Origin: Eledone cirrhosa
Taxonomy: Eukaryota
NCBI GenBank assembly: GCA_964016885.1
Contig: OZ024756.1
Span: 4,650,001-4,714,000 of the forward strand
Direction: 5' to 3'
Length of the DNA stretch: 64,000 bases
Below the pieces are notes generated by a model that was not told the DNA's origin, searched no databases, and saw only the letters and a list, made by a program, of their open reading frames with translations. Shown in pieces: positions 40,361 to 54,355 of this stretch. How positions within the stretch are numbered: the first letter of the stretch is position 1; every line of letters begins with the position of its first letter. A program made the position numbers and the translations under genes.

Positions 40361-42855
40361 CTAACAGCATGTGCACTTGTACAGATACAAAGCATATGCA
40401 TATGCACTCAAAATATCCACATCCACACATACAATAACATCCATATCTACACATGCAGACATACATATCTACCTAGATGATGTTGTGTAAATTCCAATGA
40501 GAGAGTCTAAAGGAGAATATTTATGCAGAACTGATGAGAAATCTGCAGATACTCCACCCTGATTACACCTTCAGATTTATGCCTGTGATTATTGGGGCAC
40601 TGGGGTATGTTAGTAACTGCCTCAATACAAATCTTGAGAAGCTAGGCTTCACAGGAACAGAACGAACACAACTAGTTAGGAAATTACAAGTACAATCCAT
40701 TAATGAAACAGTAAAAATATGTAAAACATTCTAAAAATGTTGCATCTAATAACTGCATATACACATGTACAGATACAAAGCATATACACATGCACACATA
40801 CAACTCAAAACATCCACATCCACACATACAATAACATCCATATCTACACATGCAGACATACCTACCTACCTAGTTGATGTTGTGTAAATTCCAATGAGAG
40901 AGTCTTGTGTCTATGTTAGAAACCGACTCTCTCTCTCTATTGGTAAAACTTTGTGAAATTATAAAACCAGAAGAACATATACATACATACACACACATAC
41001 ACACATACACACGCACACATACACACACTTACACATACATACATATATACATACATACTAACCGCATGTGCACTTGTACAGATACAAAGCATATGCATAT
41101 ACACACATACAACTCAAAACATCCTCATCCACACATACAATAACATCCATATCTACACATGCAGACATACATACATATCTACCCTAGTTGATGTTGTGTA
41201 AATTCCAATGAGAGAGTCTATTGGGGCACTGTGGTATGTTAGTAACTGCCTCAATACAAATCTTGAGAAGCTAGGCTTCACGGGAACAGAAAGAACACAA
41301 CTAGTTAGGAAATTACAAGTACAATCCATTAATGGAACAGTAAAAATATGTAAAACATTCCCAAAACTTTGCACCTAGTAACTGCATATACACATGTACA
41401 GATACAAAGCATATACACATGCACACATACAACTCAAAACATCCACATCCACACATACAATAACATCCATATCTACACATGCATGCATGCAGACATACAT
41501 ACATACCTACATAAATACATACCTACATACATACATATATACACACACAAACATACATACATACATTCATACATACATACATACACACACACACAAACAT
41601 ACATACATACATATCTATACATACATACATACATATCTATACATATCTGTACATACATACATACCTACATAAATATATACCTACATACATACATACGTAC
41701 CTACATATCTACATACCTACATACATACATACGTACCTACATAAATACATACATACATACATACACCCATGTCATCAGCAGCTGTACAAAGATGTCATCG
41801 CGGTACTATCTACCTATGAGGCATGTAGTGGCCAAAACACTGTTCAATGCAGTTCGTAAAAAAGATAGCCCCGACAATAAACACATTAAAAGCTACACCA
41901 ATGTGGAAGACATCCATGTACATAATATGAAAGAGTACTGGTGGAATGTTCCAGTAAAAAACCCAATAAAATGCAGGCATAACAAACCAGATATTATGAT
42001 ATGGGACAGGGAGAAGAAAGCATGCACAGTAGTGGAAATTAGCTGCCCAGCAGATGCCAATATAATATCAAAGATTAGTGAAAAGGAGAATATTTATGCA
42101 GAACTAATGAGAAATCTGCAGATACTCCACCCTGATTACACCTTTAGATTTATACCTGTGATTATTGGGGCACTGTGGTATGTTAGTAACTGCCTCAATA
42201 CAAATCTTGAGAAGCTAGGCTTCACAGGAATAGAAAGAACACAACTAGTTAGGAAATTACAAGTACAATCCATTAATGGAACAGTAAAAGTATGTAAAAC
42301 ATTCCAAACATTTTGCATCTAATAGCTGCATATACACATGTACAGATACAAAGCATATACACATGCACACATACAACTCAAAACATCCACATCCACACAT
42401 ACAATAACATCCATTTCTACACATGCATACATACATACCTACACATGCATGCATGCAGACATACATATCTACCTAGTTGATGTTGTGTAAATTCCAATGA
42501 GAGAGTCTTGTGTCTGTTAGAAACCGACTCTCCCTCTATTGGTAAAACTTTGTGAAATTATAAAACCAGAAGAAAATATACATACATACACACACATACA
42601 CATACATACATACATATATACATACATACTAACCGCATGTGCACTTGTACAGATACAAAGCATATGCATATGCACACATACAACTCAAAACATCCACATC
42701 CACACATACAATAACATCCATATCTACACATGCATACATACATATCTACCTAGTTGATGTTATGTAAATTCCACTGAGAGAGTCTTGTGTCTATGTTAGA
42801 AACCGACTCTCTCTCTATTGGTAAAACTTTGTGAAATTATAAAACCAGAAGAACA
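40361..42855 (+). mobile_element. Tandem cluster of 5'-truncated R4/Dong-like (restriction-like endonuclease, RLE) LINE 3' ends in (TACA)n
   Basis: 41766-42322 encodes HVISSC..YLPMRH..YWWN..NKPDIMIWDREKK.C.VVEISCP..EKENIY..IPVIIGAL (zinc knuckle end + PD-(D/E)xK RLE). Shorter copies at 40510 and 41220. The 3' UTR module is repeated 5-6 times. Confidence 0.85.
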
Positions 42856-43610
42856 TACATACATACATACATACATACATACATACATACATACATACAT
42901 ACATGGTGGCTGCCAACTCGTTTTCGAGTACGGCCACTACTTTATATCCATGTAGGAGAACCCCTACCGATGCGCTGAACGAGTGTGACATTTTAGTCCA
43001 GCCAGCGACTTGAAAACTCTGGTACAAACACTGCACTTGGACAATTATTGATACATAGTCCTGGGCCCATGGTACCATGTGACGACAAGTGCAGAGGAAT
43101 CTCCAGATATAAAGTAATGCCTACATACATACATACCTACATAAATACATACCTACATACATACATACATTCATACCTATATAATACATACATACTTTAA
43201 TACATACATACATACTTTAATACATACATACATACATTCCTACATACATACATAGACATACATACATAAATACATTCCTACATACATACATAGACATACA
43301 TACATAAATACATTCCTACATACATTCCTACATACATACATACATAGACATACATACATACATACATACATACATACAAACATACATACATACATACATA
43401 CATACATACATACATACATACATACATACATACACTAGCTGTGTGCTATACTTCAACCAAAATAAATGTATTATGCTCTTTGTTTTGAATTTAGCTATTT
43501 CACGCTAATGTTACTTGTTTCAAAAGAACCAGCGAACAACCATTGTCACTACCATCACCACCACCATCACCATCATCATCACGATCATCACGATCATCAT
43601 CACCACCACC

Positions 43611-43642
<32 letters not shown>

Positions 43643-43726
43643 TGCTGAAATCGTGGGAGTGCGTGTGTGTGTGTAGGCATGTTAATATATGTGATGTGGT
43701 ATTTGCTTCATGGTCGTTATCGTCAT

Positions 43727-43983
43727 TTGCCTTTCATCCTTACGGGGTCGATAAAATAAAGTACCAGTAATGCACTGAATAATTGCTGGCCTTCTGCCTA
43801 AAGTAGAAACAATTATCACCCTGGTGGAGGGTCGGACGTCAAGATTTCCAGCATAGAGTTACGGCCCTTGACATTCTGAGTTCAAATCCCGCCGAGGTTA
43901 ACTTTGCTTTTCATCGTTACGGGGGTCGATAAAATAAAGTACCAGTAATGTACTGGCCTTGTGCCAAAAGTAGAAACAATTAT
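43727..43983 (+). mobile_element. Two tandem SINE copies, main family
   Basis: Core GCCTTTCATCC..GTCGATAAAATAAAGTACCAG appears twice. Confidence 0.8.
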
Positions 43984-44301
43984 CATCATCATCGTTGTGG
44001 ATAACATATACATGTATGCGACAGTGGGTGTGTGTGTATAGGCGTATATTTGATAATGTTAATATATGGGCAGTAGTATATATATATTTCGTTTCTGAAT
44101 TTGTTTAGTAAGATTCTTTATATGAAAACGTGTGTTGAAACCGATATTGTTATGCTTTGGCGGGGGGGGGGGGGGGTCATGTTGCCAATAATGTTGACAA
44201 CATGTTGACAACACACACAACATGTTGACAACAGACACACAAACAAGATGGCGTAGGACAGAACAAAGGAGAGGCAGAAAAACGAAGAAAAAGAATCCCC
44301 A

Positions 44302-44344
44302 GTTACTGAAGAGGTCACAGAATGTGTGACGAAAGAACTTTGAC
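44302..44344 (+). ncRNA. Minimal hammerhead motif inside an inverted-repeat element (44143-44488); partial copy at about 46130-46170
   Basis: GTTA-CTGAAGA-G GTCACA GAATG TGTGAC-GAAA-GAAC-TT^TGAC. Confidence 0.6.
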
Positions 44345-44907
44345 AATATATGAAGAACCGTCCGGTTGTGGAACCAACCAACCAACCAACCGGAAATTTA
44401 TAAATTTAATATATAATAAATTGGAGTGAAACAACTGGTGCGTGTGTTTCTTATTGGCAACATGACCCTCCCAAAGCATAACAATATCAGTATATATATA
44501 TATATATATATAATAAAATGTGGAGAGGAAGCACACGATTTAGGATATATATATATATATATATATATATAAACAGGGAGAGAGAGACGATTATTAAGAA
44601 AAAAAATATATTTTTTCCCTTTTTGTTTCTCTCTCTCTTTTTTCTGGGTTAGAAAATTTAATCATTTTCTAACCCAGAAAAACGAGAGAGAGAAACAAAA
44701 AAGGAAAAAAAATATATTTTTCTTCCTAATAATCGCCTCTTTCTCCCTGTTTTCATATATATATATATGTATATAAATATAGAGAGAGAGAGGGAGATAG
44801 ATAGATATATATATATATATAGAGAGAGGGGGGGATAGATAGATAGAGAGATAGGGGGGGGGGAGATGGATAGATAGATAGAGAGAGAAGGAGAGAGAGA
44901 GAGGGAG

Positions 44908-44948
<41 letters not shown>

Positions 44949-45397
44949 CGAAAAAAAAATAATAACTACATCAACAGTAGTGAGAACAACATATGTATAA
45001 ATTGTGATGGTGGAATTACGTCTCTAAATAAGGAAGAACTGTATAAAAAGTGTCACAGCTGAAGGACAAGGACGCAACATGATAGGTGAAAGAGTATATA
45101 GGGTATGTACGGGAAAAGTTGAATTAAGTTAAATAGCCGGAAGGCTTTTGTCAAATCTGTAAGTTGTCCAATGTCAACTAGACATATGTGAAAACAAAAC
45201 AAAAAATGATACTTTTATGAGCCTCACGGGCTTAGACATTATGGAGAATACCAGGACAAACAACAACAACAACAACAGCAATACCAGGACAAACAACAAC
45301 AACAGCAATAGCAACAACAACTACAACAACACAAAGTGGAGTTTATATCGAGTAAAGGGAAAGAGGATATCACTAGAATGAAAAGAGTAGGTAAAAA

Positions 45398-45755
45398 TAA
45401 TTTTCTACTTTTGGTACAAGGCCAGCAATTACTCCGTAAGGGTGAAAGGCAAAGCTAACTTCGGCGGGATTTGGACTCAGACCGTAAAGGGACGTAACTC
45501 TATGCTGCAAAGCATGGCGTCCGACCCTCTACCGATACTGCCAATCCATGGTTTTTGATTTAGGCACAAGGCCAACCATTTTGAAGGGAAAAGTTGATTA
45601 AATCGACGCCAGTACGTTGCTGGTACGATTTTATCGACCCCGTAAAGATGAAAGGAAAAGCTAACCTCGGCAGGATTTGAAACCCAAACGTAAAGGGACG
45701 TAACTATATGATGCAACCCATGTTGTGCCACGCTCTCCCGATTACTGCTAATCCA
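45398..45755 (-). mobile_element. Two tandem SINE copies
   Basis: Reverse-complement consensus matches. Confidence 0.8.
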
Positions 45756-46057
45756 TAGAAATTGCAGTAAATATAAATGTCAAAAAAATTAATAATATAT
45801 AAAAAAAAATCAATTTTTCTTTCTAATTAAAAAATGTAAAAACTTAAAAAAATATTTTAAATTAAAAGTTTAAAACTTAAAATATCCTGAAAGAACGAAT
45901 GACAAAAGTAAGGTAAAGAATCTAAGGTCGTTGTTATCTCCCTAAAGTTCAGAATATATGGTGGACGAGGGCAAATATAAGGGGTGCTCTAATATAATTA
46001 GTTAGTTCCTACCCAGGTCTAAGTGTATAACCCTCAATGATTGTCAATATGATCATC

Positions 46058-46131
<74 letters not shown>

Positions 46132-46355
46132 ATGATGTCACAGATGTGCAACGAAAGAACTTTGATAGACTATATATATTTATATCTGTATTTTGAACCG
46201 TTGGTCAATCAATGATAAACGTTGATTGCCAAATAAATTAACTAGGGAGATATAAAAGATACAGAAGCGAAAACCGACCAATCAGTGGGTGTGTTCTGTT
46301 ATTATTTCTGGCAATATTATTACAACAATATGACCCCCCCCCCCCAAGTATAACA

Positions 46356-46387
<32 letters not shown>

Positions 46388-46649
46388 GTGTGTGTGTGTG
46401 TGTGTATGTGTGTGTCTGTGTGTAAAAGGTAAACAGAAATAACAACACAATTGGTACAGAATATGGAAGGAATATATTAGGCTAACGCTTGAAATAGCAA
46501 GAAGAGGGTCTTAACGTTTAAGACGCTAGTCCTTCATCAGAAGAAAGAATGAGAAATAAGATAGATTGAAGGGACGGGCGGGTTGGAATTGGAAAAAATG
46601 TTTTTAGAGAAAAATAACAGGTCCATTCATGTTGACATCTCTTAGAAAA

Positions 46650-47339
46650 CTATATCCCGTTAGACCTGAGGACAAACTTTTTCATATGTAACCCATTTGC
46701 AGCGCCGCAGCTCCATTATTATCATATTTACACATATTTTTTCCTCCGCTGCCACCAGTCTGTTTCGTTCTTTGTGTCTTTACCCTTTCTAGCAGTCTCT
46801 CTCTGTTAGCCTATTCCTCACCTTTCACTCACTCACTCTCTGTCACTACCTCTCCTCCTCCCCTTTATTCCCGTTTGACCTGTCCACAATCCTTTTCTCG
46901 CGGGCACTCGGCCAAGCCGGTATGAATTTTTTTTCTCTCTCTCTCTCGTCTGCGACTTCACAGAACTTATGTTTACCGAATTCGCAGACCAGACCCCTTC
47001 TTCCTCCCGTTAGACCTGTGCGAAATTCCTTCCTTGCTCACATTTCAACCAGGTTTGATGGTCTTTATTCTCTCGTTCACGATTCCACCGAATTTATATT
47101 TATAGAAATCTGGGACTTGTTTCCTTCTCCCTCTCTTTCTGCTGCTTAAACCATTTTGTTTGTTTACCCTAGCGTCCCCTTTATTTACGTGTCCCAACGA
47201 CTTTTTTTTAGCCGTTGCTCGCACCAACCTGAGGTATATGGCCTTTAATGCGACGAAATGCCTACGACGGTTGGATGGCCACTGATGAGGACAAACTTTT
47301 TCATATGTAACCCATTTGCAGCGCCGCAGCTCCATTATT

Positions 47340-47345
<6 letters not shown>
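46650..47345 (+). mobile_element. Non-coding element of about 620 bp with terminal direct repeat (46667-46726 vs 47286-47345)
   Basis: 60-bp direct repeat at offset 619; homologous to 14718-15252; ends in (TA)n. Confidence 0.75.
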
Positions 47346-47394
<49 letters not shown>

Positions 47395-47499
47395 TTGTGT
47401 GCGTGTGTGTGTGTATGTATGTATATAAAATATATATTATATATACTGTGTTAATTATTATGAGCTTTATAATAATTTTATATTAAATTCATGTGTAGT

Positions 47500-48180
47500 C
47501 AAAGTTAATCTCGCTGGGATTTGAACTCAGACTGTAAAGGGACGTGACTCTATGCTACAAAGCATGGTGTCCGACCCTCTACCGATACTGCCAATCCACT
47601 GCCCTTTTCATAATAATAACAAAAATAATAATTATTATTATTTCTACTTTAGGCACAAGGCCAGCAATAACCCAGTGCATTACTGGTACTTTATTTTATC
47701 GACCCCGTAAGGATGAAAGGCAAAGTCAACCTCGACGGGATTTGAACTCAGACCGTAAATGGACGTAACTCTGGCTGGAAAGCATGGCGTCCAACCCTCT
47801 ACCGATACTGCTAATCCACCAATAATGGTTTCTTTATATAGGCACAAGGCCAGCAATTTTGGGGAAGTGGGAAGTCGATTAAATCGACCCCAGAGCGTGA
47901 CTGGTACTTTATAATAATAATAAAAATAATAATAGTAGTAGTAATGATAATAATAATAATTATTATTGGGCGAATCATAAATAAGTACCAGTAATACACT
48001 GGGTTAATTGCTGGCCTTGTGCCAAAAGTAGAAACAATTATTATTGACAGAATCATTGGAGCGTCAGACAAAATGATTCACAGTGTTTCGGCTCTTTACG
48101 TTCTGAGGTCAATTCTCATCGGGAAGAAAGGTTAAGTTGACCTCGGTTGATAAAATAAATTCCAATCAAGTACGGAGATC
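47500..48180. mobile_element. Cluster of 4-5 SINE copies in both orientations
   Basis: Consensus matches at 47500-47600 (-), 47640-47820 (-), 47830-47910 (-) and 47980-48180 (+). Confidence 0.8.
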
Positions 48181-48265
48181 GATAGATTATTGATATCCGT
48201 GGGATCAGTGTGATCAGTGTTGAAATAAATAATTACTGTTATATGACAATCTGAAAAATGTTCAT

Positions 48266-48306
<41 letters not shown>

Positions 48307-48497
48307 AACGAGTAGGACCCCGACGGCTGAGCTCAAGCCGTCGGGGTCCTACTCGTTCCTATTACCCCCTCTACTACCCTAAGTATTGAGTACTTTGGTG
48401 CGTTATGGTCCACCTGGTTCCTTACCACATTTCTTCCGTTATATATATATATATACAATATATTAATAAATGGAAACTATATTTATAAAACCATAAT

Positions 48498-48563
48498 TAT
48501 TTTATTATATATATTTCAAGGGCGACCAAGGTAAATTATGGTGCGCTTTCATCAGATAAAATA
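48498..48563 (-). ncRNA. Minimal type-I hammerhead
   Basis: TATTTTAT-CTGATGA-AAGCGCACCA..TGGTCGCCCTT-GAAA-TATATA-TA^ATAAAATA. Confidence 0.7.
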
Positions 48564-48703
48564 CAGATTTGTTTTATAAATAAATATTGACATACCCGGA
48601 AAAAAGACAACCTCAACGGTTGGAATTTTACTGTTGAGTGCTTTATATCAGTTATAAAAATGTTTAAGCTTGGTGAATCCCAACAAATTAAATATAACCT
48701 CTG

Positions 48704-48732
<29 letters not shown>

Positions 48733-48738
<6 letters not shown>

Positions 48739-48895
48739 GGATACTATTTATAGTTATGTATATACTAAACTATAAACAACTATAAACAGGAAAGGTCAGT
48801 GATTTATTACTACCTTATTACCAGTAAGATAAATAGCTCAATGTAAGAACATCAGTTGCTTTACAGAGCAGTTATATTGAATTCACAAATCAAAT

Positions 48896-48900
<5 letters not shown>
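48733..48900 (-). mobile_element. Solo diverged 3' tip of the pLTR of the 15.7-20.9 kb PLE
   Basis: TATTAAGGATACTATTTAT..TTATTACCAGTAAGATAAATAGCTCAATG..ACAGAGCAGTTATAT matches 15681-15850; in (TA)n. Confidence 0.85.
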
Positions 48901-48931
<31 letters not shown>

Positions 48932-48934
<3 letters not shown>

Positions 48935-49284
48935 GATATTAAACAAATGGAAACTACATTTATAAAACCATATTTATTTCATTATATATATTTCAGGGAT
49001 ATCATATTAAAAATATGGTATGCCCTCTTCAGACAAAATACAATATATAAACAGTTTTATAAATAAATTTGACATACCTTAAACTTTACAACTTCCATTT
49101 AAAAAGTTGTTTTTTAAATGGAAGTTGTAAAGTTTAAGGTATGTCAAATTTATTTATAAAACTGTTTATATATTGTATTTTGTCTGAAGAGGGCATACCA
49201 TATTTTTAATATGATATCCCTGAAATATATATAATGAAATAAATATGGTTTTATAAATGTAGTTTCCATTTGTTTAATATCGTA
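48932..49284. repeat. Perfect palindrome with arms of about 174 bp, carrying two hammerheads (48975-49040 minus; 49176-49241 plus)
   Basis: Arms are reverse complements around loop GTTGT (49106-49110). TATTTTGT-CTGAAGA-GGGCATACCATATT TTT AATATGATATCCCT-GAAA-TATATA-TA^ATGAAATA. Confidence 0.88.
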
Positions 49285-49368
49285 AAATACTCCAAAACTT
49301 GTTGAGTGCTTTTATATCAGTTATAAAATATTTACTCGTTGTCACCCAACAATTTTAAATAAAACTTT

Positions 49369-49403
<35 letters not shown>

Positions 49404-49452
49404 GTGTATGTGTGTGTATGTGTGTATGTATGTATATATCTATATCTATCTA

Positions 49453-49601
49453 TCTAAGGCGGGTAAAATTCCCGAGATCCATGGACGCGTTCTCTCCAGC
49501 GGTCTCTGTCCCTCATTATCGCTGCCATGTCCTGCGTCGCCAACAGACCAGTGTCTGTCCTTAGGGCATCAACATATGTTAACCTTGGTCTTCATCTTCT
49601 A
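49453..49601 (-). mobile_element. RTE-like LINE extreme 3' end with (TAGA)n tail
   Basis: Minus strand [32 protein letters not shown]. Confidence 0.7.
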
Positions 49602-49642
49602 GTGTGTGTGTGTATGTGTGTGTGTGTGTATGTGTGCGTGTG

Positions 49643-49708
<66 letters not shown>

Positions 49709-49892
49709 TATATATATATATGTGTGTATGTATGTGCGTGTATGCGTATATATATATATATATATATAATATAATATATATAAATATGTATATATATATA
49801 TATATATACATATGTGTGCGTGTGTATTGCAGTGCTGAGACAAGGGAGACCACAAATCAGGGAAATACTCTATGCATAAGAAGAAGCATATA

Positions 49893-49948
<56 letters not shown>

Positions 49949-50069
49949 CTACATATATATAAATCTACATATATATAATACGTATATATATAAATATATA
50001 TATAAATATATAAATTAATAAAATAATGAATAAACAAAGAAACAGTTCCTTATATTAAAAAAATTCATA

Positions 50070-50201
50070 ATTTTACGATCGTTTCTAGGATATATATGTG
50101 TTAGAGTTGGTATGCATATTCTATAGATCTATGTACAATATTTATACAAACTATCCGAGGGAATATACATACCTACACATATATATGCTGTCTTCAGAAA
50201 T
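50070..50201 (-). ncRNA. Hammerhead with a stem II domain of about 105 nt
   Basis: ATTT-CTGAAGA-CAGCATATATATGTG...CACATATATATCCTA-GAAA-CGATCG-TA^AAAT. Confidence 0.6.
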
Positions 50202-50838
50202 AATGATATTTGTTTATTGAAAAAAAACAAAGATTCAATACAATAGGTCTGTTTGGGAACAGGTTTTGAATTGACCAATAGAGAGATAGTGAGGGTCAAG
50301 ATAGTAATATAGTAGTAGAAGAACCTTAAATTATGGGTAGAGGAAGGTAGATTTCAGTTTTGGATGGAAAAGAATATTATGAATGAAGGATTATTTTAGG
50401 GAAGAAATAGGTCTTATGCTGACCTCAGAAATAATTTTATTTGTTCATTGAATAAAACCAACAAAGATCTAACATATTCTGTCTGTTTGGTAAGAGGTTT
50501 AGAATTAACCAATAGAAAATTAATAATTGGCCAAATGGTAAAATAGTAGTAATTGAAGCTTATTTTAGGGGTGAAAATAGGTCAGTTGGTCAGTAAAAGG
50601 TATACAAGCAGTTGCTGTTATAAAATAGTAATGCCAATACAAATATCTAAGGTGACTAAAGTTTTAAGATAAGAATGTTAGTGAAAAAAATACATCTATG
50701 AAAAGAATATAAATTAATTTAATTGATGGGTATATTTATATTGATAAAATTATACTAATACATATAGATATGATAAATAAGAGTTAGATGCAGTTGAAAA
50801 GGGCTGTTAAAGATGAGGGGGAATTAAAAGAATATAAA

Positions 50839-50875
<37 letters not shown>

Positions 50876-50981
50876 AAATATATATATATATAATGGAAAA
50901 ATTTGAACAGGGACAAAACAGAGAGGCAGTACAACGAATGTTTATTAATTTCACGCTCTGGAGGGTGGGGTGTTGGTGGGG

Positions 50982-51015
50982 GACGACGTTTCGGGCATAA
51001 GCCCTTCCTCAGGTG
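50982..51015 (-). ncRNA. Minimal PLE-type hammerhead
   Basis: AC-CTGAGGA-A GGGC TTAT GCCC-GAAA-CG-TC^GT. Core and stem II are canonical; stem I is weak. Confidence 0.65.
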
Positions 51016-51277
51016 AGAAGTGTGTGGGAACAGAGTTCAAAGGGTGTGTAGGGGAGTGGTGGAGAGACATATAGCGAAAGGAAACGGTGCGAATGAAAAA
51101 AAATAAAAATAAAATTAAAAATAAAGCATGATCAAAATACAAGGAATGAAATAAATTTAAATATAAAAGCATGATAAAAAAAAACTTAAATTAAAAGGGG
51201 GGTAAAACAGGTGGTGGAAGGGTGTGGGGTGTGTAGGGGTGGTATATATATATACAATAAATATATATATATATACA

Positions 51278-51320
<43 letters not shown>

Positions 51321-51346
51321 ATATATATATATATATATATATATAC

Positions 51347-51386
<40 letters not shown>

Positions 51387-51414
51387 ATATATATCTACAT
51401 CTATATAATATTAC

Positions 51415-51500
51415 CTTAGTTGATGCTGGTAAAAGTGTGTGTGTTGAAGCAGGTCTCAGCTAATAGTCCTTGGGCATATTTCTGCAGTTCCTTTATATAT
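51415..51500 (-). promoter_or_regulatory. Candidate TATA promoter and short non-coding first exon
   Basis: Minus strand TATATAAAG (51491-51499), then about 50 nt ending AAG|GTAATA (donor at 51414). Unique sequence between microsatellites. Confidence 0.35.
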
Positions 51501-51649
51501 ATCATTAATATTGGGGTCAGACATGTGCAGGAACGGCTCAAACACTACACGTTGCTGTCGTCTGCTCTCTCTCTTCATATCTTAATGTTACAACTATTCT
51601 TTTAGTGTGTTTATATGTGAACGTGACAATGTCTGCGTGCGCATATCCC

Positions 51650-51743
51650 CCCCTCTCTCTTACACACACACACACTCTCTCTCTCTCTCTCTCTCTCGCT
51701 CTCTCTCACACACGCAAACACACTCTCTCTCCCTCTCTCTCTA

Positions 51744-51786
<43 letters not shown>

Positions 51787-52339
51787 CTCTCTCTCACACA
51801 CACACACTCTCTCTCACACACACACATACAAACACACTCTCCCTCCCTCTCTCTATATCTCTCTCTCTCTCACACACACTCCCTCTCTCGCACACACACA
51901 CACTCTCCCTCTCTCGCACACACACTCTCCCTCTATCTCTCACTCTTTCTCACACACACACACTCTCCCTCTCTCACACACACACACGCACACACACACT
52001 CTCCCCCTCTCTCTCTTTCTCACAAACACACACACACACACACACAAACACACACATTCTCTCAATCTCACACACACCCCCTCTCTCTCTGTCACTGTGT
52101 ATGTAGGTCAGTTTGTCTGTATGTCACTGTGTGTGTGAGTGTGTGTGTAAGTGTGTGTGTGTGTTTGTATCTGTGTGTGAGTGTGTATGTGTGTATATAT
52201 ATGTGTGTATATATATATATGTGTATATATATATATATTACTCTTTTACCCTTTTACCTGTTTCAGCTATCCGGCTGTGTGTATATATATATATAAGTGT
52301 GTGTATATATATATATATATGTATGTGTGTGTATATATA

Positions 52340-52410
<71 letters not shown>

Positions 52411-52545
52411 ATATATATATATCTACGTGGTGTAAATTTCTTTTAATCTTCGCTAATGAGCACATGTGTGTTTGTCTATATATATGTGTGTGTATATATA
52501 TATGTGTGTATATATAAGTGTGTATATATATATCATATGTGTGTG

Positions 52546-52602
<57 letters not shown>

Positions 52603-52829
52603 GAAAGGTATAGAAAACATTGTAGCGAAAAGCCAACAGTATTCCATAATATATATATATATAAATGTATGTGTGTATATATGTATGTATATATAAATGT
52701 ATGTGTGTATACATGTATGTATATATAAATGTATGTGTGTATACATGTATGTATATATAAATGTATGCGTGTATACATGTATGTATATATAAATGTATGC
52801 GAGTATATATGTATGTGTGTATATATATA

Positions 52830-52860
<31 letters not shown>

Positions 52861-53134
52861 GTATGTATGTGTATATATATATGTATGTATATATATATAT
52901 ATGTGTGTATATATATGTATGTATAAATATATATATATATGTGTGTGTGTGTATATATATGTATGTGTGTGTGTATATGTGTGTGTGTATATATATGTAT
53001 GTGTGTATATATATATGTATATATATATATATATATATGTGTGCGTATATATATATTATGTATATATATATATATGTGTGTGTGTGTATATATATGTATG
53101 TGTGTATATATGTATGTGTGTGTGTATATATATG

Positions 53135-53177
<43 letters not shown>

Positions 53178-53685
53178 ATATATATATGTATGTGTATATA
53201 TATGTATGTGTGTATATATATATGTATGTGTATATATATGTATGTGTGTATATATATATATGTGTGTATATATATGTATGTGTATATATATGTATGTGTG
53301 TATATATATATGTGTGTATGTTTCATCCACCTACCCTGTACCTAAATCATAAACCCATTATAATGTCACTAAATTCCCGATTTACGTTTCTCTCTTTCTT
53401 TCTTTCTTTCTCTCTTGCTTTCTTTCTTTCTTTCTGTCTTTCTTTCTTTCACTCTTTCTTTCTTTCTCTCTTTCTTTCTCTCTTTCTTTCTTTCATCGCT
53501 ATCGCAATCCCGGCTTTTAATTACACACACTCGCATACACACGCTCACACACTCATACACACACGCTCACACACTCATACATACACTCATACACACTCTC
53601 ATACACACACGCTCACACACTCATACACACACAGACAAACAAACAGTAGGAGATAGAGAAGTACATATATATATATATATATATG

Positions 53686-53746
<61 letters not shown>

Positions 53747-53919
53747 GTGTATATATATATATATATATATATGTGTATATATATACATGTGTATATATAT
53801 ATATATATATATATGTTTATATACATATATATGTGTATATATATATGTGTGTGTATATATATATATATGTGTATATATATATATATGTGTATATATATAT
53901 ATATATATGTGTATATATA

Positions 53920-53950
<31 letters not shown>

Positions 53951-53959
53951 GTGTGTATA

Positions 53960-54012
<53 letters not shown>

Positions 54013-54292
54013 GATTCTCGATAATTTATATTTGTATATATATATATATATATATACATATATATAATAGTAGGTTTTAATTGTCCCAATCCCTCCTCCT
54101 GCAACTATCCTCTACCTCTTACCCCCACTCTCACATACATCTACATATATATAATTTATATAGTAGATTAGTATATATATATGTATATATATATATGTAT
54201 ATATATATATGTATATATATATATATAATTTATATAGTAGATTAGTATATATATATGTATATATATATATATATATATACATACATATACTC

Positions 54293-54355
<63 letters not shown>

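Noticed and set aside
42903-43120. GC-richer island with hairpin CTGCACTTG/CAAGTGCAG in TACA repeats
   Set aside because: No complete ribozyme core or recognisable protein motif; left unassigned.
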